DNA of 63,527 nt, counting the filler, from Octopus bimaculoides (taxonomy: Eukaryota), in assembly GCF_001194135.2 (NCBI RefSeq). It is 4 parts of 3 records of this genome, joined end to end, with 100 filler letters (N's around TTAATTAATTAA, not from the genome) between each part and the next. Parts side by side here need not be neighbours in the genome. Positions count along the whole stretch, not along the records: positions 1 to 23,304 come from NC_068981.1; positions 23,405 to 44,460 come from NC_068993.1; 2 more parts are not named here. One strand, 5' to 3'. The notes under the pieces were generated by a model, which searched no databases, was not told where the DNA came from, and was given only the letters and a program-made list of their open reading frames with translations. Below are positions 20,513 through 34,769 of the stretch, piece after piece (the first letter of the stretch is position 1; each line of letters starts with the position of its first letter). Position numbers and translations under genes: made by a program.

Positions 20513-22440
20513 CTGACACTAATTTGCTGCCAATTTATGCTAATTCTTTTGCGAAAGCCTTCTGTAAGTGCAGAGTTATGTCCCTTTATTGTGATGATTG
20601 TCAGGGGGAAAAAACGAGAAAGAAGTCGTTTTTCTTCAATAAAATTTATGAATGGAACTGTTTAGTCGACCCACGAAGTAGAAACGAACATCACAGGTGA
20701 ATGAATAGATTAAAATATATATTCTATGAAGAAGGTGTAATGGATCTTGCAAAACTTTAACTGGTAAATCTGTATGTGGTTGTACGACATACTAGAAACA
20801 ATAGTAAGATATTCTTCAAATCGTATGATATTTAATGAAAAGGAAGGCTATATGAGGCAATGTAGACGTAGATGTAGGAAAAGACGAGACGGTTGGAACG
20901 TCTTGTACTCTGTCAGAGGCTAAATAACAGGGAAAGGCAAATAGCAAAAGAAATAATTGAAATGATGAAGTATTCTCTGTCTAGTGGAAGAATAGAAATG
21001 TAAGGTTTCTGTCCAGAGACTTTGTCAGAGAGAAAAGGAAATATAAGGAAAAGTGAGAGTAGGAGGACGAGGGTGTGGGGAGCAGTAACAAGTGTCGGTG
21101 AAGGGAGGGGGAACGGGGAATTAGGAGGGAAAGAGAGAGGAAGAGAAAATTTAAAGAATGTTAACAGATCTAATAAACTTTTCTCTCGCATTTTTGTCTT
21201 TTTACTTGTTCCACCCATTGGACTGCGGTCACATTGGGGCACCACTTCGAACGGTTTAGTCCAGCAATTCAATCCCCGTAGTTTTTTTAAAGTCTGGTAC
21301 TTATTCTATCGGTGACTTTTACCGAATCGCTATGTTACAGGGACGTGAATAAACGAACACCAGATGTCAAGCAGTAGTGAAGGAAACAGACAGACACACA
21401 CACACACACAGAGGGCCGGATTAAAACTCATAGAGGCCCTAATCACTTAAAAGATTTTGGTGGCTCCCCACCATATGTGTGTGTGTGTATTTCAAATATA
21501 AACAATCAATATTTCTGAAAATCTTTAAATGAAACAACGCTAACAGTAAAATGGAAAACAAAGTTTATTTTTGTACAGCGGTGGGTAGGACAAAATGGAT
21601 AAATGGGACAAAATTTTCTCCCTACCTGTTAGCAAACATTACATTGCAAGTATTGTATCATCCTTTTGTACTGTTGCATCATCTTTGGGAGAAAAAAAAA
21701 TGGTCCGTAGAGATGTTGTTGTTGTTGTTAAAGTTGAGAGAGCTTGAAACGTAGTCAGGTGACAGGCACTTTTTCTTAAAAAAAGTTTTCCTCATCTTCA
21801 ACCCGATTTTAATTGAGATTGCTAATAAAATATCTGGATAATTTTTTGTTTAATAATCAAGATTCTATTCTCAGTTGGATTCCAAGTCAATTTTTCCCAC
21901 GCTAATGTCTAATTTGATAATTTTTAATAATAATAAAAAAAAAAGGATGTCTAAAATAAGTTATGACTGATTTTAATAAATCCTTCTCAATAACTGGTGT
22001 ATAAATATATATGAAAGAGAACCACTCCAGCAGATCTGGAGGAAGTTAAAGAGAATATTTTGTGTTAGGCTTTTGGATCTCGATGAGTTTCGTTAATTTC
22101 ATATCACGTGCTATTTTTCCATGATCCTTTTTCATTTGACCAAGATATTCAAAATTTTTGTTGAGCTTCTGATCTTTTTAATGTTTAAGGATGCATATTA
22201 ATGTGCACGAGTCTGTTTTCAAATATAATTCTGGAGAATTGAGGCAAATAAATTGTTTTACTCATTCTATCCCAGCTAAATTTGTCCTTCATATGCTCAA
22301 AGAGACCGGAGATAATCTTCTGAAATAGTGTTCCGAATATGTTATAACGTTTTTAATGCATTTAGAGAAGGTCATTTGCTTTGCTAATATAGTTTAAATA
22401 AGGCAGTGAACACTCGTAAACAATATATATTTTTTTCTCA

Positions 22441-22655
22441 AAGGCGGCGAGCTGGCAGAATCATTAGCACTCCGGGCGAAATGCCAAATGGTATTTCGTC
22501 TGTCTTTATGTTCTGAGTTCAAATTCCGAAGTCGACTTTGCCTTTCATCCTCTTGGGATCGATAAATTAAGTACCAGTTGCGTACCGGGGTCGATCTAAT
22601 TGACTGACCCCCTCCCCCAAAAATTTCGGGCCTTGTTCCTAGAGTTTAAAAGGAT
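22441..22655 (+). mobile_element. tRNA-like SINE family B (tail type 1)
   Basis: GGCGGCGAGCTGGCAGAATC...GAGTTCAAATTCC...GTCGACTTTGCCTTTCATCC...AAGTACCAG. Other copies at about 2690-2800, 12775-12960, 43465-43685, 43825-44015, 44035-44245, 49660-49810, 53985-54200, 58410-58615, 58624-58820, 58828-59005, 60905-61045. Confidence 0.85.
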
Positions 22656-23404
22656 ATTTTTTGTTTGTCAAAGACACAATATTCCTCATTACACTATCCA
22701 CTGCTTCCATTTTATTTATATTTGAAAAGTTTTTTCTTACTGCTTTTTAATTAAAAAGTCTTTGATTAGATCCTCAAAATTAATCTTACGCAACGCATCT
22801 TCTTTTGTTCTCTATAGAGATAAGGTATCCCAAATATTATTTCAGCAAATTTAAAATGATTTTTTTTGTGTCGTAAACCATTTCTGTGATGCGCCCCTTT
22901 CCTTGATGCCCTAAGCACATCCTTATTTTGCTTAATGGCTAATTCAGCGTTGCACACGCAGGCACACATATATATTTGTAAGGACGATCGTGCGAACCCA
23001 AATGGAGAAATGGTGACGAATGAAAAACAGGGCTCCTTTATTAAACGCGTCACACGGTCGAACACAAAAATATATCAAATGATATATATATGTTATACTT
23101 CGATAACATAGTGAATTCGTAAATGCCAGTAATGAAGATGATAGAACACAACCGATAAAGATGAATAACAGTAATATTTATTGTAGCATTTATAGCGAAG
23201 TAGGTTATACATCATTAGGTGTACACCTGCCTTCCTATATTAAATTAAGAATTAACGGAACGCTGAACTCCAGACTATCAACTCAACAACATTTAGTCAT
23301 GGTGNNNNNNNNNNNNNNNNNNNNNNNNNNNNNNNNNNNNNNNNNNNNTTAATTAATTAANNNNNNNNNNNNNNNNNNNNNNNNNNNNNNNNNNNNNNNN
23401 NNNN

Positions 23405-23443
<39 letters not shown>

Positions 23444-24849
23444 GAGATGAATATATTTATTTCAACAGTTGATATCCATTGAGATTACGATCGTTTCAAA
23501 GCCAACATCATGAAAAAATAATCTATTTTACTGTATAATAAATTATTTTATATGTCTGCGATATTGTATGTGTAATAAATTACGTAGCATTGTACATTTT
23601 ACAAGCTAATACAGATATCAAGGGTTTCTCTTCAGATTCATAGAATATCATAGTTACATTCATTTTTTCAAATTTTCTTGTGAGTACCACTGCATTAGAT
23701 AAACCCATGTATTGTGCATTGAATTTCGATAGATAGAGAGAGAGACAGACAGAGAGAAGGGGGAGAGTTTATATTAAAGATATAAGTGTGTGTGTGTGTG
23801 TACGTGTGTGTGTATGCTGGCGTGCGCGTACGTGTATGTGTAAGCTAAATGTAAATTATTTTTAATACTTTTACGATGGAACTCGAATTAGTTAAAACTA
23901 TATACAATAGCGTGTGGAATACTTGGCTTCCAAACGTACATACATATACACATAACATATATATGGTGTTGGGGCATATATCAATATTTACATGTTACTA
24001 TATGTTCTAAGAGAGGAAATGAACAGCGAAGTTTATCTGTAACTATTACAGGTAAGTTCAAAACGCTGTGAAGGAAATGAAAAGAAACTGAGTAATTAAA
24101 AAATGCTTATCTGTGTATACATCCATATACATCTGGAAATATTAGTATACATATAATCGTATACATATAATAGTATACATATATAGTATCAGTATAAACA
24201 AACACACACACACATACTTACATACATATATACATAAACATACAGTACATAAAGACATATATATTCCACTACCCGAAGGCCTAGTTAACAATCATACAAG
24301 GTGTTTTATATCCGGTTTAATAAAAAGTTCTGAATCTCCCATATCTTTGGGGCTGTTGGCATGCCAGATTGCCCTTCGGCTATATACTTAGATCCCCACT
24401 TCTTTTGCTATCTTGTTTTCCTACTTCTATTTCCAACTCTCTGCCTTCTTTTTAATTTAAATTCTTTATTTGTTTTCGTTGTTTGAAAAATGTTTTTCGC
24501 TCATTGATAGAAAAATGCTACGAGTTTATATCGAGCAGGATGTTAAGTATTACTGAGAGATAGTGCCTGTTAATGTTCCTAGAAACTAGACATTGTGCCA
24601 AATAGCGAAAACATATTCTCCTCCTACCAAATAAAAGCATGTATGTTCCTGTGTTTACGGAGCTTGCGTGGAGGCACAATGGCCCAGTGGTTAGGGCAGC
24701 GGACTCACGGTCATAGGATTGTGGTTTCGATTCCTAGACCGGGCGTTTTGAGTGTTTATTGAGCGAAAACACCTAAAGCTCCACGAGGCTCGGCCCATTT
24801 CACGTACTTCTAGAACAAGTATTAAATGCATTCCCCTGTATGTGTATAT

Positions 24850-25235
24850 ATTCTTTTATTCTTTCACTTGTTTCGGTCATTTTGACTGCAGCCATGCTGG
24901 AGCACTACCTTTAGTCGAACAGGACTTATTCTTTGTAAGTCGAGTACTTATTCTATCGGTGTCATTTGCCGAACCACTAAGTTTCGAGGACGTAAACACA
25001 TCAACATCGATTGTCAAGCGACGGTGATGGGGTCAAACACTGACACACAAAGACATATATATATATATATATAACAGGCTTCTTTCAGTTTCCGTCTACC
25101 AAATCCATTCACAAGTCTTTGGTCGGCTCGAGGCTATAGTAGAACACACTTGCCCAAGGTGCCACACAGTGGTTCTGAACACGGAACCTTGTAGTTAGGA
25201 AGCAAGCTTCTTACCACACAGCCACTCCTGCGCTT
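24850..25235 (-). mobile_element. SINE family A, full-length copy
   Basis: Same head, core, microsatellite and tail. Partial copies at about 4222-4378, 5070-5230, 11990-12120, 18470-18770, 21270-21410, 26778-26866, 33310-33400, 34275-34615, 39715-39870, 42410-42520, 42850-43005, 55240-55470, 57790-58110, 59252-59355, 60245-60450, 63365-63527. Confidence 0.85.
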
Positions 25236-25262
25236 ATATGTGAGAGTGTTTAGTTATATGTG

Positions 25263-25321
<59 letters not shown>

Positions 25322-25790
25322 GATTCCTACATACATGCACATATGCATACGTACATAAACACATACAAACGCATTGTAGACATAAATGTATGTATGATAT
25401 GTGGCAAGCAAGAAATTATCCAGTTAAAGACGGCTAAATATAACATGCCATCAACCAGAATCCTGCCAATTACTTGACCCTCCTTTCATGGGAACTGGAT
25501 AGCGGGCGCTGTGAAGAATGGTGAAAGTAATCGACTTTTAACAATGCATTATAGCATTTTGGCAGCATGACCGGATGACGTAAGGAATACTGCGTAATAT
25601 CGGAAGTTATACGAATGTCATAGATTTTTTTCTATAACACAAAATATCATGCACACACACACACACACACACACACATACATACGCACACGCACACATAT
25701 ACACACGTAATTACATATTTACATGCTGACATAAAAACATATACAAATATATTTTCTCTTGCCTTATAACTATAGTTGAAAACTTTTCAG

Positions 25791-25836
<46 letters not shown>

Positions 25837-26005
25837 ATGCATGCGAAGAAATAGATTTAATACTCGCTCTAGAAGTACATAGACTAGAGCGAAAATATCA
25901 CATTCGGAGAGTCTGGAAGGTTATCGGTTGCGCCTCCTTCTCCAGAGCAAGACTTAACCAAATATATATCAGACGTATGCATGCAAACATACAGAAGCAC
26001 ACACC

Positions 26006-26158
<153 letters not shown>

Positions 26159-26237
26159 AGTTACATATGTGCATGCCTGCCCGTTGAATGTTTTCCAACA
26201 TTCATCCAGCCATCCATACATACATACATGCATACAC

Positions 26238-26731
26238 TGTAGCTAAGACACCCTATAATGAAATCCGTCGGAAAGTTACCCTGAGGACAAAGTAATAAGA
26301 ACTCAAAGTATGGTAGAAGCCATAGCCACTCATAATAAAAGGAGTACTGCTGCGATGTCCTAGCGAAGACCTCAATAAAATGTAAGCACAACAGACTTGA
26401 TATAATGATTTGGGATAGAGAAGAGAAACTGCGCACAGTTGTGGAAATTAGCTGCGCAGCGGATGTTAACATAAAGCTGAGGGTCAGGGAAAAATTGAAT
26501 ACCTACGTTGAAGTATTGAGAAATCTACAGTTACTCTATCCAGATTATAAGTTCAGGTTTATAACTGTAATTATTGGGGCCGTGTGATATGTAACACACT
26601 GCCTAAATACCAATCTTGAAAAATTAGGCTTCTTAAAACCAGAAAGGAGAAAGCTAATTCGAAGACTACAGATCCAAGCCATCACTGGAACAGTAAAAAT
26701 CTGTAAAACTTTCCAGAAGTTTGTCATTTAA
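26238..26731 (+). mobile_element. RLE-type (R4/Dong-like) non-LTR retrotransposon 3' fragment
   Basis: KCKHNRLDIMIWDREEKLRTVVEISC..KLNTY..L..LYPDYKF..VIIGA..TGTVKICKTF*: PD-(D/E)xK endonuclease C-terminus. Confidence 0.85.
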
Positions 26732-26867
26732 ATATATATGAGCATGTCTAGATATGCAACTATATGCAACTATATGCGTGGCACCTTGGGCAAGTGTATT
26801 CTACTATAGCCTCGGGCCGACCAAAGACTTGTGAGTGGATTTGGTAGGCAAAAACTGAAAGAAACCT

Positions 26868-26946
26868 GTAGATATGCAACCATATGCGCATGTCTAGATA
26901 TGCAACTATATGCGCATGTCTAGATATGCAACTATATGCACATGTA
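26868..26946 (+). repeat. 26-bp minisatellite CTAGATATGCAACTATATGCGCATGT (about 3 units, plus a partial unit at 26748)
   Basis: Direct tandem repeats visible in the sequence. Confidence 0.85.
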
Positions 26947-27041
26947 TATATGTAGGTGTACATGTTTCTATACATTTATGTATTTCTACATGTACGCATG
27001 TATTGATGTATATATTGATGTATAATTATCATGGAAGACAT

Positions 27042-27267
27042 TCAACACTCAAGTACCAATCTCAAAATCCTAGCTGTCTCCAGCGGAGCAGTCTTTTGGC
27101 AGGGGCTTGCTCTGCTCTCATGTCAATTCCGATTTCTCTGACATATTTCTCGAACTGGGTCGTTAGTGCTCCGAGGGCCCCGGACAACTCCTCAAAGTCT
27201 ACATTCATGCATTTTCGTCTTTTAGTAGTCTGTACTTTTCAATCTTTTCCAGTTCTTTGTCACATAT
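27042..27267 (-). mobile_element. Second RLE-type non-LTR 3' fragment (different family)
   Basis: Frame-corrected DKELEKIEKYRLLKDE...GALGALTTQFEKYVREIGI...KTA..ETARILRLVLEC*. Confidence 0.8.
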
Positions 27268-27635
27268 CTTTCATCATCGTCACCATAATTATCATCATCA
27301 TTTTCTTCTTCCCTTCTTCTTTCTCCCATCCATATTAGCCCCTGTGGCTAATAAAAGAAATCATCACCATCATCATCATCATTATTAATATTATTATTGT
27401 TGCTGTTGTTGTTGTTGTTGTTGTTGTTCATTATCACCTTCTCCATTCGTCATCTTCTCGTTCTTTTTCTTCTTTCCATCCGGGAACTTCCTTCTAAATG
27501 TTTCTCAATAGTTGACTTGTAGATTATTACGAGATTCCTCCAGGGAATTTTTATTAATTTTTTCGTTTCTCTTCCTTCCATATAAGTCATACAACCATTG
27601 AGACTTTGCATCAGTCTTGAAGTAAACACAATTTC

Positions 27636-27636
27636 G

Positions 27637-27700
<64 letters not shown>

Positions 27701-28020
27701 CTTCTCTCTCTCTGTCTCCCTCTCCTCTTCTCTCTCTTTCCCTCTCTCTCTCTCTCATTCTCCTCCTCTTCTCTCTGTCTCTGTCTCGCTCTCTCTCCTA
27801 TCTTTCTCTTCCTCCCTCTCTCAGTCTATCTGACTCTCTGTCTATATCTCTCTTCCTCTCTCACTCACTGTCTTCCCTCTCTGTTTCTCTCTCTCTCTCT
27901 TACTTTTGATCTCTCTTTCTTTCTCTTTATCTCTCTCTTCCTCCCTCACTCTTTGTCATTCTCTTTTCCTCTCTCTTTCTCTCACTCACTCTCTCTCTCT
28001 CTCCCTCTCTCTTTCCTCAC
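27636..28020. repeat. Long imperfect (CT)n polypyrimidine tract
   Basis: Direct reading. Confidence 0.95.
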
Positions 28021-29697
28021 ACCCGACAGTCATTTGTTATATAGCCATGTCACTTGATTTGCTTTCAATACCCTCCCTCCACCACCACCACCACCATTAC
28101 CACCATGGTTATAGAAAGTAAATAGTACGATGTATGTTTATTAGGCAATAAACACAAAGAAAATATGAAGTTATTGGCAGCCATCTTTAAGTAGAATCTA
28201 TTCATACAAATCAACTGAAGATAAGAATAAAAATCCGTCGAAAATCCTCCCTAGACATCAAACCTTCAGAACAAAGAGCCAAATGTTCAGCTCTTACGTG
28301 GTAGCTTGCACTACTAAAAATAACAGCCAAATCTCACAAACCACGTCGTATTATTTTATGAATGGAAGGGACACATTAGATTAATTATTGTTAGATATCG
28401 CTAAAAGAAAGAAAAAACGTGATGCGTGGTCACATTTGGAATGTTTATTTGATTAGTTAATCTAACGTTAAATGGCAAGAATGTTTGGAAGGGAATCAAT
28501 AAGAAATGGAATCTAGAAAGTGGAAATGTTGAAAAGCCGCAGGCGTAGTTGCGTGGCAAGAAGTTTGCTTCCCAACTACATATTTATGTCCATTGGTATG
28601 GCTATGTCCATTGGTATGGCTATGTCCATTGATCTGATAGCATTTATCTTTCTTGTTCAATACAATATTCAGTCGACGATGCTCAGTTATTCTACCAGTC
28701 AGAAAATCATAATACCAGAATATCGTTGCTCTCTCACCCTCCTACATTACTTTCCTAGGTACATGTTCATGCCGATCTCCATTACTTCGTATTGGTATCT
28801 ACAACAAAAAGCCAATACTAACAGCTATTACCATGGCAGCGCTTGTATTCTTCTTCTACAAGGCTCTCACATCAACTAATTACATTTTCCATAGTCTTTT
28901 CTACATTTCTGAGTGTCAGAAATTTTGTAGATGTTACATTATACGAAGTTAGACATTTATTTACATTTCAACCACTGATGAAGAGATGGACATTATTACA
29001 TAAAAGTACAATACGTACGTACGTTATGAGAGCATATGTTTACTAGTTATTCACATATATCTTTTTAGCTATTTCATTACTCAATGGATTTTTCACGATA
29101 CAAACTCTTTAACTAGCAAGTAAAGACAGTTACTCATAACTCGTATCGTTTTTTGCTAGTTTCTATGCTACAATAAATTATTTATGTCTCAAAATATTTC
29201 CACGCAAGAAATTTAATATGTGTATTATCAATAATACCAGTATTCTCATGATCGTTTGCTAGTATTTCATTCTGATTATGGGCCCAAGAAATACTTGTAG
29301 CATTGATGGGATTAACGGATTTACGAATTCTATTGTTCCAAATTAAACATAAATGACTATTAAGGAAATATGAATACTGTCTAATTAAAAAAAGATTAAT
29401 CACAATTGTATGTTTAATGTAATACACACACAAATATACACCAGGGTACAAGTTTGTGTTTCTCTCTCCCNNNNNNNNNNNNNNNNNNNNNNNNNNNNNN
29501 NNNNNNNNNNNNNNNNNNNNNNNNNNNNNNNNNNNNNNNNNNNNNNNNNNNNNNNNNNNNNNNNNNNNNNNNNNNNNNNNNNNNNNNNNNNNNNNNNNNN
29601 NNNNNNNNNNNNNNNNNNNNNNNNNNNNNNNNNNNNNNNNNNNNNNNNNNNNNNNNNNNNNNNNNNNNNNNNNNNNNNNNNNNNNNNNNNNNNNNNN

Positions 29698-29731
<34 letters not shown>

Positions 29732-29917
29732 GGAGAAACAAAGAGAGAGAAAGAGAGATATATGCACATACACATAGAGACATACATACAAGAATACGTG
29801 CAGTGATACATATTACAGTTTCGATAATATTCAACAAGTGAAAGAACTCCATTTGTATGAAAGATTAAAGTTGTTTTTAAACAAATTAATGTCCCATTAA
29901 TCATGTATAAAGAGCAT

Positions 29918-29949
<32 letters not shown>

Positions 29950-30098
29950 TATATCTGTGTGTGCACGCGCGTGTGTGTGTGTGTGTGCATGTGTGTATAT
30001 ACATAAGTATGATATATATGGAGATTTATAAATTTCTAAATATATTTCAGTTTTGCTTTAAGGTGTGTTCTACACACACACACATACACACACACACA

Positions 30099-30138
<40 letters not shown>

Positions 30139-30373
30139 CAGACATATATATATATATGAATATATATATGAATAACTGACATTCTGTAATATATATTACA
30201 AGCAGGTTGTTAATGCTTTGTGTGCGTAATTCTTTACATCTTAACTACTTTTGATATATAATTCCATATGAATCGATAGATAGACAGACAGACAGACAGA
30301 TAGATTGATTGATAGATAGATAGATAGATACATCCATCCATCATCCATCCATACAAACATGTACACACAGAAC

Positions 30374-30426
<53 letters not shown>

Positions 30427-31303
30427 GCAAACATGTTTATATCATGTATGTAAATATACCTTCGTGTACATGTGTATGTGTGTGTGCATGTATATATATA
30501 CACACATACATGCACATATATATATATATATATATATATANNNNNNNNNNNNNNNNNNNNNNNNNNNNNNNNNNNNNNNNNNNNNNNNNNNNNNNNNNNN
30601 NNNNNNNNNNNNNNNNNNNNNNNNNNNNNNNNNNNNNNNNNNNNNNNNNNNNNNNNNNNNNNNNNNNNNNNNNNNNNNNNNNNNNNNNNNNNNNNNNNNN
30701 NNNNNNNNNNNNNNNNNNNNNNNNNNNNNNNNNNNNNNNNNNNNNNNNNNNNNNNNNNNNNNNNNNNNNNNNNNNNNNNNNNNNNNNNNNNNNNNNNNNN
30801 NNNNNNNNNNNNNNNNNNNNNNNNNNNNNNNNNNNNNNNNNNNNNNNNNNNNNNNNNNNNNNNNNNNNNNNNNNNNNNNNNNNNNNNNNNNNNNNNNNNN
30901 NNNNNNNNNNNNNNNNNNNNNNNNNNNNNNNNNNNNNNNNNNNNNNNNNNNNNNNNNNNNNNNNNNNNNNNNNNNNNNNNNNNNNNNNNNNNNNNNNNNN
31001 NNNNNNNNNNNNNNNNNNNNNNNNNNNNNNNNNNNNNNNNNNNNNNNNNNNNNNNNNNNNNNNNNNNNNNNNNNNNNNNNNNNNNNNNNNNNNNNNNNNN
31101 NNNNNNNNNNNNNNNNNNNNNNNNNNNNNNNNNNNNNNNNNNNNNNNNNNNNNNNNNNNNNNNNNNNNNNNNNNNNNNNNNNNNNNNNNNNNNNNNNNNN
31201 NNNNNNNNNNNNNNNNNNNNNNNNNNNNNNNNNNNNNNNNNNNNNNNNNNNNNNNNNNNNNNNNNNNNNNNNNNNNNNNNNNNNNNNNNNNNNNNNNNNN
31301 NAT

Positions 31304-31335
<32 letters not shown>

Positions 31336-31646
31336 GTGCGTGCTTACATACATACACTCATGCACACAGACACACGCAAGCATCCGCGCATATATACACG
31401 CATACATGCATACATACACATATATGCATATATACGCATATATGCATATATAGATACACACATCTGTTTGTATATACTTATATGATTGATGAATGTTTAA
31501 ATAAAACATAATTATGTAGCAGAATAGTAATTTCAAATGGAAAGATTAATTGTTATGGAGTCATTTCCTCATTAAGTCTCCTAATGAATAGAAGTGTTTT
31601 CTTAACGGCAGACAGACAGACACACAGACAGACACGCACACGCGCG

Positions 31647-31689
<43 letters not shown>

Positions 31690-31912
31690 CTACACATTCT
31701 CTTTCTCACCACCACCAGCACCCACACACACGAACACGCACACATCAAACACATATACACACAAAGTTATAATTATATGCATGTATACACAAAGCGGTGC
31801 CCCAGCATAGCCGCAGTCTAATAGTCTAATAACCAAAGCAAGTAAAATATAAAAGATACATATAATCATATATACATACATACATACATATACATACATG
31901 TATGTATGTATG

Positions 31913-31963
<51 letters not shown>

Positions 31964-32603
31964 NNNNNNNNNNNNNNNNNNNNNNNNNNNNNNNNNNNNN
32001 NNNNNNNNNNNNNNNNNNNNNNNNNNNNNNNNNNNNNNNNNNNNNNNNNNNNNNNNNNNNNNNNNNNNNNNNNNNNNNNNNNNNNNNNNNNNNNNNNNNN
32101 NNNNNNNNNNNNNNNNNNNNNNNNNNNNNNNNNNNNNNNNNNNNNNNNNNNNNNNNNNNNNNNNNNNNNNNNNNNNNNNNNNNNNNNNNNNNNNNNNNNN
32201 NNNNNNNNNNNNNNNNNNNNNNNNNNNNNNNNNNNNNNNNNNNNNNNNNNNNNNNNNNNNNNNNNNNNNNNNNNNNNNNNNNNNNNNNNNNNNNNNNNNN
32301 NNNNNNNNNNNNNNNNNNNNNNNNNNNNNNNNNNNNNNNNNNNNNNNNNNNNNNNNNNNNNNNNNNNNNNNNNNNNNNNNNNNNNNNNNNNNNNNNNNNN
32401 NNNNNNNNNNNNNNNNNNNNNNNNNNNNNNNNNNNNNNNNNNNNNNNNNNNNNNNNNNNNNNNNNNNNNNNNNNNNNNNNNNNNNNNNNNNNNNNNNNNN
32501 NNNNNNNNNNNNNNNNNNNNNNNNNNNNNNNNNNNNNNNNNNNNNNNNNNNNNNNNNNNNNNNNNNNNNNNNNNNNNNNNNNNNNNNNNNNNNNNNNNNN
32601 NNN

Positions 32604-32932
32604 GGAGCTCCAGGACACATCACTCATATCAACAAGTTCGTCAATAGTTCAGCGACGGTCCTCCAAGATCAGTTCGTGAATTTTCGTAACGTTTAAATTC
32701 TTTGGCAGGAGCTCCAGGACACATCACTCATATCAACAAGTTCGTCAATAGTTCAGCGACGGTCCTCCAAGATCAGTTCGTGAATTTTCGTAACGTTTTC
32801 ATTCGTTTGGAGGTGAGGTCGACAGTTGCCCTGGACAAGGTTGGTCTTCAGGCAACATGTGACTATTCCTAAAGAGTGAAAGTCACTCGTGAACTTGTTT
32901 GCTTATGGCAGCATCCTTGTAAGCTTCTTGCT
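32604..32932 (-). mobile_element. mariner transposase N-terminal (HTH) remnant with a 104-bp internal tandem duplication
   Basis: QEAYKDAAISKQVHE*..FRN..EDQP..STS..NENVTKIHELILEDRR*TIDELVDMSDVSWSSCQRI. Confidence 0.8.
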
Positions 32933-33258
32933 ACACGGAGGCTCCTGCGCCTATATAGGTATATATATACAAACAGTATTGTTCGAGCACTTTTAAGCAG
33001 TAATGGTTATTCATAAGAATTCTACTTGCAAAGATACACAGATGCATACTTCCACAATGACACACACACAACACACATTTACATAAGCTCACAGGCAAAC
33101 ATAAACACACACACACGCACACACACACACAAACCTATCCATACGCAAACGTAGATATTTAAGCAATTTGCATCTCATATCATATTTCATTACTCATACA
33201 TCTGTCAGATAAATGCATATTTATGCATATAAGCAAGCATAGATCATACGTGCATACG

Positions 33259-33306
<48 letters not shown>

Positions 33307-33484
33307 CTCACTCAAGTGTCTTCTGCTATAGCCTCGGGTCGATCAAAGCCTTCTGAATGGATTTGGTGGATGGAAACTGAAAGGAGCCTGCCGTGTGTAT
33401 ATGTATGTATGTATGTATGTGTAAATGTATGTATGTGTGTATGTACGTATGTGTGTATGTACGTATGTGTGCGTCCAAGCGGCT

Positions 33485-33553
<69 letters not shown>

Positions 33554-33601
33554 CAGACTGAATGAGAGGTAATGGGTGATAGGTGTGTGTGTGCGTGAGT
33601 G

Positions 33602-33641
<40 letters not shown>

Positions 33642-34637
33642 TGTGCGTGTGCGTGCGTGCGTGCGTGCGTGGGTGGCTGAGTGGCTGAGTGGCTGGGTGT
33701 GCTATGTTTGAACATATACGCCAAACATTATTGTACAATTTACTTATAAAACGATATTTTTGAATGTATAAATTGAAATAATCGCTTATGATATTATGGT
33801 TTCAAATTCCAGCAACAAGGTTTACCACCACCGGAACCTCCACCACCTTAAATCATATTCAAATCATCTTGAACGAATTACATAAATTTAATAACTCAAT
33901 CATTATAGACGAAACTGAACCCGCAGAAATACTTAATCTGCATTGTAAGCAAACACTTTCTGAAGCCGTTAAATTCGACATAATTCAGACCCCTTGTGGA
34001 TATTTACATCTTAATGCACCATAATGGAGAATAATGCATTTGTTAAAGGTTTCCCTAATGAGTTCAAGGAGCATTCTCATATAACTGTTGTTGAATATCT
34101 TTTGTTAAAGAGGACAAACAAATATTTCTGAGCAAATTGACAATAGTATAGTTGACAGTATTCACATTGTTCTTCACTACAAGCATCTCATATTCAGGTT
34201 TAGCTTGGAAGTTAATATTGTTGTATTATTCTCTCTCAATGAAATCAGTGGAATGGGTTTTCAAATATTGTATAGGCTTGGCAGTGTGGTTAAGAAGGTC
34301 GGTTTGCAACCTCTTTGGTTTCTGGTTCAGTCCTACTGCATGGCACCTTGGGTAAGTGTATCCGGTTCGACCAATGGCTTGTGAGTGAATTTGATAGAAT
34401 TTGAAGCTCTGTAGAAGCCCATCACATGTTGGTGTGTATTTCTGTGTGTGCATGCGTGCGTGTGGGGTGGGATCTTTGTGTCTGTGCTAGTCTACGCCCA
34501 CCATCGCTTGGCAACCGGTGTTGGTTTGTTTCCGTCCCTGTAAACTAGCACTTCGACAAAAAAAAGACGGACAAAGTAAGTACTATGCTTTTAAAAAATA
34601 ACCATGTAGCTGGGTCGAATTGGTGCTGGTGGTCTTT

Positions 34638-34711
34638 GTCATCGTCGTCGTCGTCGTCGCGGCGGTGGCGGTGGCGGCGACGGCAGTAACAGCAACAGTA
34701 GTTGAAGAAGA

Positions 34712-34768
<57 letters not shown>
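34638..34768. repeat. Compound trinucleotide tract (GTC)n-(GCG/GTG)-(GAA)n-(GTA)n
   Basis: Direct reading. Confidence 0.9.

Positions 34769-34769
<1 letters not shown>

Noticed and set aside
23349-23360. TTAATTAATTAA inside N runs (also 44505-44516 and 56240-56251)
   Set aside because: Each sits in an exact 44N+12+44N = 100-bp block and has stops in all six frames; it is an assembly gap linker, not biology.
28585-28631. 18-bp tandem repeat TATGTCCATTGGTATGGC x2.5
   Set aside because: Ordinary slippage duplication after a decayed SINE head.
26868-32798. CRISPR-like arrays (26-bp and 104-bp repeats)
   Set aside because: Eukaryotic context, no unique spacers and no cas genes; simple tandem duplications.
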